Source of the DNA: Piscirickettsiaceae bacterium
Lineage (GTDB): Bacteria; Pseudomonadota; Gammaproteobacteria; Thiomicrospirales; Thiomicrospiraceae
Assembly: GCA_027019045.1 (NCBI GenBank)
Contig: JALUXI010000223.1
Span: 1-40,354, forward strand
Reading direction: 5' to 3'
Length of the DNA: 40,354 nucleotides
Position 1 is the stretch's first letter, and every line of letters begins with the position of its first letter. The notes under the pieces were generated by a model. It made no database searches. It had not been told where the DNA came from and saw only the letters and a list, made by a program, of their open reading frames with translations. Shown here piece after piece: positions 27,413 to 37,006 of the stretch. Made by a program: the position numbers and the translations under genes.

Positions 27413-30400
27413 ACCATCTCTCCTTTCAAGGCTTGTTTCTGCTTAAACTGCTCTACCATCCGATAAACAATCGGTAAAATCAAGAGGGTTAATAGGGTAG
27501 AGGTAATCAAGCCACCAATCACCACAATCGCCAAAGGCCGTTGAATTTCAGAGCCTGGGCCTGTTGCCAATGCAAGGGGAATCAGCCCTAACATGGCAAT
27601 ACTGGCGGTCATCAGTACAGGGCGCAGTCGGCGTTTTGCCCCTTCTACCACCACCTGCTCTAAAGGCAATCCTTGGCTCCGTAACTGGTTAAAGTAACTG
27701 ACCATCACCACTCCATTGAGTACCGCTATCCCCAGTAGCGCAATAAAGCCAACAGAAGCAGGGACAGAGAGATATTCCCCTGTGAACCACAAAGCCACAA
27801 TCCCGCCAATCATGGCCAAAGGCACATTGAGCATAATCATCAAACTCTCTGCAACCGATTTAAAGGTAGCAAAAAGAATCAAGAAAATCATTGCTAAAGC
27901 AATCGGTACCACGATGCTTAGTCTTTCTGCCGCTCGCTGCTGGTTTTCAAAAGTCCCCCCCCACTCAAAATAGTAGCCCGTTGGAACTTTCATTTGAGCA
28001 GCTTTCTGTTTTGCCTCTTCAACAAAACTCACCAAGTCTCGTCCTTCAATATAAGCCACCACGACCGAATAGCGTTTACTCATTTCTCGTTTAATCGAGA
28101 CAGGACCTTCCACGGACTGCACTTTTACCACTTGACTAAGCGTGACACTCTCCCCATTCTTCAAGGGGATCTCCAAGTTGAGAAAATCTCGCCGAGCCTT
28201 TGCCACATCACCGCCTGTTTTAATCAACAATGGAATGCGGCGAATATCTTGATAGATGGTGCCAACAGGCAAACCTTCTAGCTGGGCTCTTAAAAGATCT
28301 TCAATCATATCAACATCCAAGCCTAATCGCCCAGCAGCCATACGATCCACCTCAAGCTTTAGATAACGAGACCCTTCATTTACAGGGGTATAAACATTAG
28401 ACGCACCTGGAATGGTTTTTAATACCTCAACCAGTTGCTTAGCTGTTTCATTCAGCTTTTCAGGATTGTCACCAAAGACTTTCACCGCTAAATCACCACG
28501 CACCCCTGTTAGCATCTCATCCACACGCATCTGAATCGGTTGAGTAAAGGCATAATTAATCCCAGGGAAGTAGGTATCCAATACCTTTTTGATTTCAGCT
28601 TGGAGTTCAGTTTTGGTCTGCATCCGCCACTCTGATTTAGGCTTTAGTACCATAAAGGTATCAGTGTCATTTAGCCCCATGGGATCCATTCCTATCTCAT
28701 CAGCGCCCACTCGACCAATCATACTCTTCACCTCTGGCACATGCGCCATAATAGCCGCTTGAATGCGTTTGTCTAACTCCATAGAGGCTTCTAAACTAAT
28801 AGAGGCCGCTTTTTCAATCTGCAAGACAATGGTGCCTTCATCCATCTGTGGCATAAAACTTTTACCCACTTGGGTAAAGACAACACCTGCCCCAATTAAA
28901 GCAACCAATGCAAATCCAATCACAACTTTTGGCATCTGCAGTGCCTTATGTAAAACGGGCGTATAAACAGCAAGAAGTTTACGAATTAACCAAGGGTCTT
29001 CATGCTTGATTTTGCCCAACAACATTGAAGCCAGTGCAGGAATAACCGTAAGAGACAGTACCACTGCCGCCCCCAAAGCAAATACAATGGTGATGGCAAC
29101 AGGAGAAAAGAGCTTGCCCTCCAACCCTTGCAAGGTCAGCAAAGGCAAAAATACAATCATGATAATGCCAATCCCTGAAATCACAGGTACCGCCACCTCT
29201 CTTACGGCACGATAAATCAAATGCGACTTAGGCAGTTTACCTTGACTTTTCTCCATATGGGTGACGATATTTTCAACCACCACCACAGCCGCATCCACCA
29301 GCATCCCAATAGCAATCACCAGCCCACCTAATGACATCAGGTTGGCACTTAAGCCATACCATCGCATCAAAACAAAAGTTGTTAAAATGGCCAATGGTAA
29401 AATCACCGCAACCGCTATTGCCGCCCGCAGATTTCCAAGGAAAACAAATAATAGAACCACCACCAATATAACGGCCTCTATCAATGCTTTACTTACTGTC
29501 CAAGTTGCCTGATTGACTAAGTCGGAGCGATCGTAAAAAACATTAAAAGTAATGCCCTCTGGCAAAGCAGGCTCAAGCTGTTGAATTTTTGCTTTCACGC
29601 CCTGAATCACTTCACGGGCATTCGCACCTTTCAACCCAATAACCAATCCTTGAACAGCTTCTCCTTTACCATCTTTGGTCACACCGCCATAACGGGTTAA
29701 ATGACTGACTACTACATCTGCGACATCACGCACCAATATCGGTACACCCGATTGAGCAGTTCGTACAACTGTATTTTGAATATCTGCCAAAGAAGTAAAG
29801 TTACCCGCCGTTCTCACCAAAAGCGTCTCCTCCCCTTCTGTTAACCGACCTGCCCCATCATTGCGGTTATTGCGTTCTAAAGCTACCCGTAACTGCTCAA
29901 AGGTCACCTGATGCGCTCGCATCTTGGTCATATCAGGGCGAACTGCAAAGGCTCTGGCATAGCCTCCCATGGTATTCATATCCGCCACTCCTGGAACTGA
30001 GCGCAAAGCAGGACGAATGACCCAATCCAACAGATCTCGTTTTTCCATATCTGTTAACGAGTCCCCCTCAAGGGTAAACATAAACATATCCCCTAAAGGA
30101 GTGGCAATGGGAGTTAATCCACCCGAAACACCCACAGGCAATTCAGCTCCACTAAGGCGCTCTGTCACCTGCTGTCTTGCCCAATAAATATCCACGCCCT
30201 CTTCAAATTCCAGCGTAATATCGGCAATCCCATATTTTGATTGAGAGCGTAATAAAGTCTCACCTGGAATCCCTAAAAGCTCCATCTCCAAAGGGGCAAT
30301 AACACGGTCTTCCACTTCTTTTGGTGTCATCCCAGGGGCTTTAAAGATTAACTTAACTTGAACGGGCGATACCTCAGGGAACGCATCTATTGGCGTTTTC

Positions 30401-30498
30401 ACCATCGCCATCCAACCGCCTCCCAAAATGGCAGCAACCAACATCAAAACCAAAAGGCGTTGAGAAAGAAAAAACCCTATCAATCGTTCAATGAGCAT
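27409..30498 (-). CDS. czcA: heavy-metal efflux RND permease (CzcA/CusA family)
   Basis: HME-type TM4 motif GGLVIAIGMLVDAAVVVVENI and 12-TM RND architecture. I prefer ATG 30496-30498 (MLIERLIGFF...), which has AGGAGG upstream and an 11-nt overlap with the czcB stop, over the ORF-track start at 30528. Confidence 0.9.
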   Translation of the reverse strand: MLIERLIGFFLSQRLLVLMLVAAILGGGWMAMVKTPIDAFPEVSPVQVKLIFKAPGMTPKEVEDRVIAPLEMELLGIPGETLLRSQSKYGIADITLEFEEGVDIYWARQQVTERLSGAELPVGVSGGLTPIATPLGDMFMFTLEGDSLTDMEKRDLLDWVIRPALRSVPGVADMNTMGGYARAFAVRPDMTKMRAHQVTFEQLRVALERNNRNDGAGRLTEGEETLLVRTAGNFTSLADIQNTVVRTAQSGVPILVRDVADVVVSHLTRYGGVTKDGKGEAVQGLVIGLKGANAREVIQGVKAKIQQLEPALPEGITFNVFYDRSDLVNQATWTVSKALIEAVILVVVLLFVFLGNLRAAIAVAVILPLAILTTFVLMRWYGLSANLMSLGGLVIAIGMLVDAAVVVVENIVTHMEKSQGKLPKSHLIYRAVREVAVPVISGIGIIMIVFLPLLTLQGLEGKLFSPVAITIVFALGAAVVLSLTVIPALASMLLGKIKHEDPWLIRKLLAVYTPVLHKALQMPKVVIGFALVALIGAGVVFTQVGKSFMPQMDEGTIVLQIEKAASISLEASMELDKRIQAAIMAHVPEVKSMIGRVGADEIGMDPMGLNDTDTFMVLKPKSEWRMQTKTELQAEIKKVLDTYFPGINYAFTQPIQMRVDEMLTGVRGDLAVKVFGDNPEKLNETAKQLVEVLKTIPGASNVYTPVNEGSRYLKLEVDRMAAGRLGLDVDMIEDLLRAQLEGLPVGTIYQDIRRIPLLIKTGGDVAKARRDFLNLEIPLKNGESVTLSQVVKVQSVEGPVSIKREMSKRYSVVVAYIEGRDLVSFVEEAKQKAAQMKVPTGYYFEWGGTFENQQRAAERLSIVVPIALAMIFLILFATFKSVAESLMIMLNVPLAMIGGIVALWFTGEYLSVPASVGFIALLGIAVLNGVVMVSYFNQLRSQGLPLEQVVVEGAKRRLRPVLMTASIAMLGLIPLALATGPGSEIQRPLAIVVIGGLITSTLLTLLILPIVYRMVEQFKQKQALKGEMV

Positions 30499-31651
30499 GA
30501 CTCGCCCCTCCTTCTCCTTCTCCTTCACCTTCCATCATGCCTTTTAAGAAAATGGCTCCAAAGCTAACCACCTGTGTCTCTGCATCAGGTGTTTCAGCCA
30601 AAGCTACTGTTGCGCTATGGCCATCCCGTTCAATCAACTCAACCACTTGTGGCTCAATATGCTCACCCTCTTTAACAAAAATGGCTGACACACCTTCTAA
30701 ATCCACCACAGCACGACTGGGAACTTGATACGCCTGCTTCGGAGTCCCTTGAATAAAATGCACCCGAACAAAAGTACCTGGAAGCAGCTGACCCTTTAAT
30801 TGTTCAAAGCGTACATGCACGCTCACTCTTTGGGTTTCGGGGTCTGCTTGGTTGGCAATATAAGCCACCTGACCAATAATGGGGTATCCTTCAACTGACA
30901 CTTTCTGCCCGACAAAAATACGACTCAACTCATTCATTGGCAGCATCACATCAGCAATCAGGTGGTTATTTTCTCCAATATGCACCAAAGGGGTATTGGC
31001 TTCTATGCGTTGGTTTCGCTCTACCTGCAAATCAAACAACATGCCCTCTTTAGGAGATTTTAATGTTAACCACCGCTGCAATTTTCCTGTTTGGCGAAGC
31101 TGATTCATTTGTTCTTGGGACATCCCTACAATCTTTAAGGCTTGTTGAGAGGCTTCTACTGCGGTACGAGCCTGGGTACGCTCTGTTTGAGCAATCAAAA
31201 ACTGTTTCTCGGATAAACTGCCCGCTTTAAACAGCCTTTGCGCCCGTTTAAAGTTGCGTTCCGCTTGCGCTTTTTGTGCCAAGGCATCCAGCCAATCTTG
31301 CTGCATTTTTACCCACTGTTCACTCTCTAATTCAAAGAGAGGTTGTTCTGCTTTTACCGCACCATGCACTACAAAAATTTTGTGTATCTTGCCACTCACA
31401 GGAGAAGCCACCATATCCTGATGTGCCAAAGGCAGTTCCATCTGTGCAGGCCAAGCATAGCCTGAAACTTGAGTCACAGGAGTCAAAGCAGAAAACTGCA
31501 ATCCCAATGCTTTAATTTGTGCTTCATTCAATTCCAACCCCATTTCCTCATGGTGTTCTGCCTCTCCATGTGCTTGTTCATGCCCTTCTTCTGCTTGAAT
31601 CGAACCACTCATTGCCAGTGCCATTGCACCGATTAAAACCCATGATTTCAT
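30488..31651 (-). CDS. czcB: heavy-metal efflux membrane fusion protein (CzcB/CusB family)
   Basis: 387 aa. Signal peptide, a His/Glu-rich N-terminus (EEGHEQAHGEAEHHEE), a coiled-coil hairpin, and a C-terminal GEGEGEGGASHAH. Confidence 0.85.
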   Translation of the reverse strand: MKSWVLIGAMALAMSGSIQAEEGHEQAHGEAEHHEEMGLELNEAQIKALGLQFSALTPVTQVSGYAWPAQMELPLAHQDMVASPVSGKIHKIFVVHGAVKAEQPLFELESEQWVKMQQDWLDALAQKAQAERNFKRAQRLFKAGSLSEKQFLIAQTERTQARTAVEASQQALKIVGMSQEQMNQLRQTGKLQRWLTLKSPKEGMLFDLQVERNQRIEANTPLVHIGENNHLIADVMLPMNELSRIFVGQKVSVEGYPIIGQVAYIANQADPETQRVSVHVRFEQLKGQLLPGTFVRVHFIQGTPKQAYQVPSRAVVDLEGVSAIFVKEGEHIEPQVVELIERDGHSATVALAETPDAETQVVSFGAIFLKGMMEGEGEGEGGASHAH

Positions 31652-31653
31652 TG

Positions 31654-32892
31654 TTATTCTCCTGCTTGTTGATTAAGGTGTCGCACTGCTTGGTGAACCG
31701 CCAATTCTGCTAAGGCAACACTGAGTGCAGTATTTAATTGAGTCTGTTGAGCAATCAGAAGATCTCTTAAAGAGATCTCACCCTGCTTCCAAACCTGCTC
31801 AGATAATTTAAGGGCTTCATTTGCCGCTGCTAGCTGTTGCCGTATTGGAGCCAATCGAGCTTTTGCTTCTAACAACTGAGCTTGGGCGGCAATGAGGGCC
31901 TGACGAATATCTCTTTTAGTCAAATTCAACTCAACCTGTTTTTGCTGTTGTTCCAATTTAGCATCCGCCTTTGCCATTTTAAAATCACTGCTCTGCCCCA
32001 GTGGAAAAGCAATTTTAGCGACCAGAAGGTGATCATCCTTCACACCATCTGCTTGTTTTTGTCGTATTCCTAAATACAGCTCCTGACCCTGCTTTGCTTC
32101 CCAAACCGACTTTTCAGACTGTGCAATGCTTAGCCGTTGCTGTGCTTGAAGGTAAAGAACTTGGGGATGCTTCTGAATCAGAGCATCCAAGTCTGAAAAA
32201 GAAACGGGCGTAGGGTGAACCTTCAATAACACTTTCATTTCAGAAACTGGAAGCGAAATCCCCCAAGCTTTCAATAATGGCTGAGTGGCCTTGAGTGCTG
32301 CCTCACTGCCTGCTGCTCGAGCCTGAGCCTCGCTCAATTGCTGCTTGGCTAAGGCCAAATCTAACCGACTGCCTGCCCCCGCTTTCACCTGAGCTTCAAC
32401 CATCTCATATAGACGCTTAGCCTGTTGCAGTCTTTGTTGATTATTTTGTGAAATCAATAACTGCTTAGAAACCGTATCCAACAAATTGCGTGCAATACCA
32501 CGAGATTTCCAAGCCAACCAAGCTTGCTGATGCTTGCCTAACTGTGCATACCCTTTAGACAGCTCGTTAAAAACATCTTCTTGATTCAAACGCTTAAGTG
32601 GAAAACTTGCCCCCACTTCAATATTAGACACCCCATTTCGGCCAATTAACTGTCCATTTTCTACACTCAATGACAGCGTTGTATTCCCCCATAGGTTTTG
32701 ACCTGCAGATTGAATATTTGACTGCACATCATGATAAGTCTCTGCCAAAATCTTTTCGGGTTGGTTTTTTAGAATATGCTGACTCCAAACCTTGACAGGG
32801 TTTTCGCTACCAAGGGTTGATTCAGCGATACTAGAGAGAGGAAAAATGGCTGCAGAGAGCAACCAAGGAAAGAGTTTGAGTTTGAATTTCAT
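31654..32892 (-). CDS. czcC: TolC-family outer-membrane factor (CzcC-like)
   Basis: 412 aa. Signal peptide, two-repeat coiled-coil/beta organisation, first gene of the C-B-A order. Confidence 0.8.
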   Translation of the reverse strand: MKFKLKLFPWLLSAAIFPLSSIAESTLGSENPVKVWSQHILKNQPEKILAETYHDVQSNIQSAGQNLWGNTTLSLSVENGQLIGRNGVSNIEVGASFPLKRLNQEDVFNELSKGYAQLGKHQQAWLAWKSRGIARNLLDTVSKQLLISQNNQQRLQQAKRLYEMVEAQVKAGAGSRLDLALAKQQLSEAQARAAGSEAALKATQPLLKAWGISLPVSEMKVLLKVHPTPVSFSDLDALIQKHPQVLYLQAQQRLSIAQSEKSVWEAKQGQELYLGIRQKQADGVKDDHLLVAKIAFPLGQSSDFKMAKADAKLEQQQKQVELNLTKRDIRQALIAAQAQLLEAKARLAPIRQQLAAANEALKLSEQVWKQGEISLRDLLIAQQTQLNTALSVALAELAVHQAVRHLNQQAGE

Positions 32893-32962
32893 TTTTTCAG
32901 TCCACTTTTTTAAATTGTGAACTGAGTTTACAAGAAAAAGCTGAATTGAAGCTGAAAGAGAC

Positions 32963-34303
32963 TTACAAAAAAGTGATCACAATGCGCAAACCACCTAACT
33001 GACTGTGTTCAAACTGAAGCTTGGCACCATATTGATTCACTATATCTTGCACTACTGCCAGACCAATGCCATTTTCAGAGCGTCTTTCATCCAACCTTTT
33101 CCCTCTCTGCCCTAAAGCATCTAACTGCTCATCTGGCACCCCAATACCATCATCTTCCACAATCAACCTCACGCCCTCTTGTTCCATTTCACAACGCACA
33201 AAAACCCTTTTTTGCGCCCATTTACACGCATTATCCAGCAGATTCCCCAGTAACTCATATCCATCCTCCTTTTCCATGGGAAGCTGCTCAATAGAATCAA
33301 TGTATGTCTTAAATTCAATATTTGGATAAAGACGCTTTAAACTCTCCATTAAAGCAGACAAGTCCGCTTGTAAAGAAAAGCGCTCATCCGAAAGTACAGT
33401 TCCCGATACCCTTGCCTGCTTCAGTGTGCGCTCCATCAAGGCTTGCAGTCGATGAGCCTGTTGCTGAAGCTGTTGCCTGACTTCAGGACAAGCATTCAAC
33501 TGAGCATCCTCTAAAATTTGAAAAATAACCTGCAATGGGGTTTTTAAGCTATGTGCCAGATCGGCATTGGCATGCCGAAATCGCTCAAGCTGTTCATGCA
33601 GCTCGGTCAAAGTTTGCCTCAAGGCTTGTACTAAAGGGGCGACCTCCAGAGGCAAATTCTCAGGCAACTGATTTAAAGCTTCAGGTTGATGCTGTGCCTG
33701 CTCAACCACTGACTGTACTGATTGAAGAGGCGCTAAGCTTTTATGCAAAAATCGACGCACCCACCCAATCATTCCCATCATCACTATCAACGCAATGGCC
33801 GAAAAAATGACATCAAATTTTTGCAAAGCTTGTTGAATCGGCAAATGATTCTCAGCCACATAAACCCTAACCTCATGCCCCTGCTTTTGTGCAAGCGTAA
33901 ACAGCACCAAAACACCCCTCTCCTTACCCTGTTCATCAGGTGCCAAAGTTTCATATGGATTCTCAGGCGGAACATCAGGTGTCCACAAATGATACCCATT
34001 TAAAGAGGGAGAAGAGAGACGCTGTTGGCCAGAGAGGATGACATAATAGTGTCCACTATAAGGACGCAGGTAAATAGGTTCAATCGCTTTTTGATTGAAT
34101 GCAAGTTGACCATTTTTAAAATGGATATGACGCAAAAGCTGCTCAGTATCATGATCAAGACGAGTGACTAAATACTGCTCTACCAAAGAGTGAATCGTCC
34201 AAGTCGTCCCCGCCCAAAGTGCCAAGAACACAATGGTCAAGCCACTAAACAATCCAAACTGAAGACGCTGCTGAATACTTTTCTGACTTTCTAGAGCTGC
34301 CAC
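32963..34303 (-). CDS. two-component sensor histidine kinase
   Basis: 446 aa. Two TM segments flank a periplasmic domain. H-box DLAHSLKTPL, N-box LLGNLLDNACKW, G-boxes EDDGIGV and GIGLAVV. GTG start (34301-34303) overlaps the regulator's TAG by 1 nt. Confidence 0.88.
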   Translation of the reverse strand: MAALESQKSIQQRLQFGLFSGLTIVFLALWAGTTWTIHSLVEQYLVTRLDHDTEQLLRHIHFKNGQLAFNQKAIEPIYLRPYSGHYYVILSGQQRLSSPSLNGYHLWTPDVPPENPYETLAPDEQGKERGVLVLFTLAQKQGHEVRVYVAENHLPIQQALQKFDVIFSAIALIVMMGMIGWVRRFLHKSLAPLQSVQSVVEQAQHQPEALNQLPENLPLEVAPLVQALRQTLTELHEQLERFRHANADLAHSLKTPLQVIFQILEDAQLNACPEVRQQLQQQAHRLQALMERTLKQARVSGTVLSDERFSLQADLSALMESLKRLYPNIEFKTYIDSIEQLPMEKEDGYELLGNLLDNACKWAQKRVFVRCEMEQEGVRLIVEDDGIGVPDEQLDALGQRGKRLDERRSENGIGLAVVQDIVNQYGAKLQFEHSQLGGLRIVITFL

Positions 34304-34971
34304 TAATCGGTCTCCTCACACAACTGATACCCTTGCCCTCTCAAAGTTTTAATTCGTTTGGCGCCAACCAACCTACGCAAGCGGCTAATATACACCTCCA
34401 CCATATTTAAATCCTTATCATCAGAGTCTTCAGTCATCAACTCCATTAAATAAACTTTACTTAACACCTGTCCAGGACGACGCATCAATGCACTCAATAG
34501 GGTAAACTCCACAGCCGTTAAAGTATGCCTCTTCCCATCCACCGTCACCTCTTTACGAGCCAAATTCAAAATTAAGTCCCCCACCTGTATGGTCTCACCG
34601 TCCTCAGTCACACCCAAACGGCGAAGCAACGCCACAATTCGAGCTTGCAGCTCCTCAAAATGAAACGGCTTGCCCACATAATCATCCGCCCCTGCCTGCA
34701 ACCCTTCTACCCGCTCTTGCCAAGCATTACGAGCGGTCAATATCAGAACAGGCGTCTTATCTCCCGCTGCTCGTCTTTGCTGTAACAGCGACAAACCATC
34801 CAACTTTGGTAAGCCCAAATCCAATAACACTAAATCAAAATCCTCTTCCTGCCAATACCAAAGACCCTCTTCTCCATCCGCTGCAGTCTGCACCGAATAG
34901 CCTAATTTTTCTAATGCCTGTTTTAAATGCTTAGCAATCAAAGACTCATCTTCAACCAAAAGTATCCGCAT
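34303..34971 (-). CDS. OmpR/PhoB-family response regulator
   Basis: 222 aa. Receiver domain (MRILLVEDE...DLVLLDLGLP...) plus a winged-helix output domain (VEVYISRLRRLV...IKTLRGQGYQL). Confidence 0.92.
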   Translation of the reverse strand: MRILLVEDESLIAKHLKQALEKLGYSVQTAADGEEGLWYWQEEDFDLVLLDLGLPKLDGLSLLQQRRAAGDKTPVLILTARNAWQERVEGLQAGADDYVGKPFHFEELQARIVALLRRLGVTEDGETIQVGDLILNLARKEVTVDGKRHTLTAVEFTLLSALMRRPGQVLSKVYLMELMTEDSDDKDLNMVEVYISRLRRLVGAKRIKTLRGQGYQLCEETD

Positions 34972-35093
34972 CCACTCCTCCTTTTATTTGCTCAACATCC
35001 TACCATAATCACCGCAGACCACTGAAGTAAGACAAAGACCTATTCTTCTTTACAAGCAAGCAACATTTAATCCTATCTATTCAGGAATTGGAT

Positions 35094-35112
35094 GTAAATG
35101 CAAACAATTATC
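35094..35112 (+). promoter_or_regulatory. Fur-box-like site 1
   Basis: GTAAATGCAAACAATTATC matches the consensus GATAATGATAATCATTATC at 13/19 positions (hand count). It abuts the predicted -35. Confidence 0.45.
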
Positions 35113-35113
35113 A

Positions 35114-35142
35114 TTGACTTTATTGTATCGATTAAATAAAAT
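35114..35142 (+). promoter_or_regulatory. predicted sigma70 promoter of the porin/FMN/PepSY cluster
   Basis: TTGACT (35114-35119), a 17-nt spacer, then TAAAAT (35137-35142). It lies about 95 nt upstream of ATG 35236. Confidence 0.45.
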
Positions 35143-35147
35143 CCCTT

Positions 35148-35166
35148 CCAGTTGTTAATAATTATC
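35148..35166 (+). promoter_or_regulatory. Fur-box-like site 2
   Basis: CCAGTTGTTAATAATTATC matches the Fur consensus at 12/19 positions (hand count), with the 3' 13 nt matching best. It lies just downstream of the predicted -10. Confidence 0.35.
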
Positions 35167-35235
35167 ACTTGCATTAGCAACTAACACTCATTACGTATAT
35201 CACACTTTTATCCAATTTAAAATGGAGCCACAAAA

Positions 35236-36390
35236 ATGTTCAATTTTTCTAAAATCCCCAGTCCCGCACTGCTAGCAATTACAATGACTTCTCCATACAC
35301 TGTAATGGCCGATGATACTAATCAACAAATCAGCCAACTCAGCCAACAAGTCTCCGAATTACAACAACAAGTGAATCTCCTTGCTGACCATACCAATACG
35401 CCCGCCACTCAAACTCAAGTAGGCGGCTATGGGGAGTTGCACTATAACAATCTCACCACCCGTCAAAATGGCACCACTCTATCAGAGAAAAAGGAACTGG
35501 ACTTTCACCGATTTGTTTTATTTATCAACCACCAATTTGATGAAAAAGTTCGTTTTTTTTCCGAGTTAGAATTGGAACATAGCATTGCGGGTGAAGGTCA
35601 AAAAGGAGAGGTTGAGCTTGAACAAGCCTATATAGAAATGGATCTCACCCCTCAGACTCGACTGAAAGCGGGCATACTCCTTCAGCCGATTGGAATTCTT
35701 AATGAAACCCATGAACCTAATACTTTTTATGGTGTTGAAAGAAACCCTGTTGAGAAAAACCTCATTCCAGCTACTTGGTGGAGTGGCGGAATCGCATTGA
35801 GTCATCAAATTGGACAAACTGGAAAAGTGGACTTTTTGATTGGGGAAGGCCTTAAAACCAGTGATGGATATAGCATTCGTAAAGGTCGTCAAAAAACTGC
35901 TAAAGCCAATGCAAATGACCTTTCCTATACCGTTCGACTTCAATTTAACCCCAACCCTGGATTCAATATTGGCGGTAGCGTCCATTATGAAAGCAATATT
36001 GCCCAAAGTACTCTTCCCAATGCTTCTGATGCCATGCTTTTAGAAGGTCATCTCCAATATCAAAAAAATCAGTTGGGGTTAAAAGCATTGTATGCACAGT
36101 GGCAAATTCAAGGCAGTGTAGCTAAGAATGCCCATGCTAACCGCCAAATAGGTTTTTATATTGAACCAAGCTACCTAGTCACCGAAAAGATTGGACTTTT
36201 CACTCGATACAATCAATGGAATAACTCAACAACTTCTGATTTAGAAGATACACAAGTAAATATCGGTATCAACTATTGGCCACACCCAAATGTTGTCTTT
36301 AAAGCAGACTATCAATGGTTGAATGATGGACGAGTTGGGAGCGATAAAGAAACCAATGGATTTAACCTTGCTGTAGGTTATCAATTTTAA
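35236..36390 (+). CDS. outer-membrane beta-barrel, porin-like, with N-terminal coiled-coil
   Basis: 384 aa. GGAG SD 8 nt upstream. Atypical signal peptide ending VMA/DD. Q-rich heptads QQISQLSQQVSELQQQVNLL, then alternating-hydrophobic strands. C-terminal LAVGYQF is a barrel signature with terminal Phe. Confidence 0.6.
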   Translation: MFNFSKIPSPALLAITMTSPYTVMADDTNQQISQLSQQVSELQQQVNLLADHTNTPATQTQVGGYGELHYNNLTTRQNGTTLSEKKELDFHRFVLFINHQFDEKVRFFSELELEHSIAGEGQKGEVELEQAYIEMDLTPQTRLKAGILLQPIGILNETHEPNTFYGVERNPVEKNLIPATWWSGGIALSHQIGQTGKVDFLIGEGLKTSDGYSIRKGRQKTAKANANDLSYTVRLQFNPNPGFNIGGSVHYESNIAQSTLPNASDAMLLEGHLQYQKNQLGLKALYAQWQIQGSVAKNAHANRQIGFYIEPSYLVTEKIGLFTRYNQWNNSTTSDLEDTQVNIGINYWPHPNVVFKADYQWLNDGRVGSDKETNGFNLAVGYQF

Positions 36391-36469
36391 TACCTACACT
36401 GCATTTTAAACTTTACCCCTGCACACTTTGATTTTTCATCGTGTGCTTTCCGTTTAAAAGGGATATGTC

Positions 36470-37006
36470 ATGAAAAAATGTTTCAGCCTGACCACTTTTT
36501 GGCTACTTTTATTTGCTGGACAGCGTTATGCCTTAGCCTTCTATACCCCTGAAGGAGCCGCATTAGCACAACAATTTATTAGTCAATCAACAAACCCTCA
36601 ACTTCAAAAACAGTATCTTTGGCTAACCCCACAAATCCAAGCCCAAATACAAGCCATTCTTGGACATCGCTACCCAAAAATTCGCCTACCTTATTGGCAG
36701 CACCAAAATAAAAATACATTTATTTGGGTGCTGGAAGAAAAGGGCAAAGACCTTCCTATAACGGTCGGCATTGTGATTAAGGATCAAAAAATCGATCAAC
36801 TGAGGATTCTTAAGTTTCGTGAAAGTCGAGGTTGGGAGGTCAAATATCCCAGCTTTACCCAACAATTCAATCATGCACAGATCAAACAAAACCAGCTGTC
36901 CAAACAAATTGATGGTATCAGCGGAGCCACCTTATCCGTCAATGCCGTCAAAAAACTCGCTAAACTGGCACTTATACTAACGCATGAAGTGGAAAATAAA
37001 AAATGA
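36470..37006 (+). CDS. periplasmic FMN-binding-domain protein
   Basis: 178 aa. Signal peptide MKKCFSLTTFWLLLFAGQRYALA. FMN_bind-type motif IDGISGATLSVNAV, which is the flavinylated Thr context known from NqrC/RnfG. Confidence 0.7.
   Translation: MKKCFSLTTFWLLLFAGQRYALAFYTPEGAALAQQFISQSTNPQLQKQYLWLTPQIQAQIQAILGHRYPKIRLPYWQHQNKNTFIWVLEEKGKDLPITVGIVIKDQKIDQLRILKFRESRGWEVKYPSFTQQFNHAQIKQNQLSKQIDGISGATLSVNAVKKLAKLALILTHEVENKK

Noticed and set aside
30499-30528. Extended czcA start (MKEKEKEGRV...) given by the ORF track.
   Set aside because: The extension lies wholly inside czcB coding sequence. ATG 30498 has an AGGAGG SD and yields the usual RND N-terminus (MLIERLIGFF...).
35251-35266. The 16-nt string AAAATCCCCAGTCCCG in the 5' coding region of the first barrel gene is identical to the left arm of the fkpA terminator (23503-23518).
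   Set aside because: By my estimate about 0.4 exact 16-mer coincidences (both strands) are expected by chance in 40 kb, and the similarity does not extend on either side. I treat it as coincidence unless genome-wide copies show a REP family.
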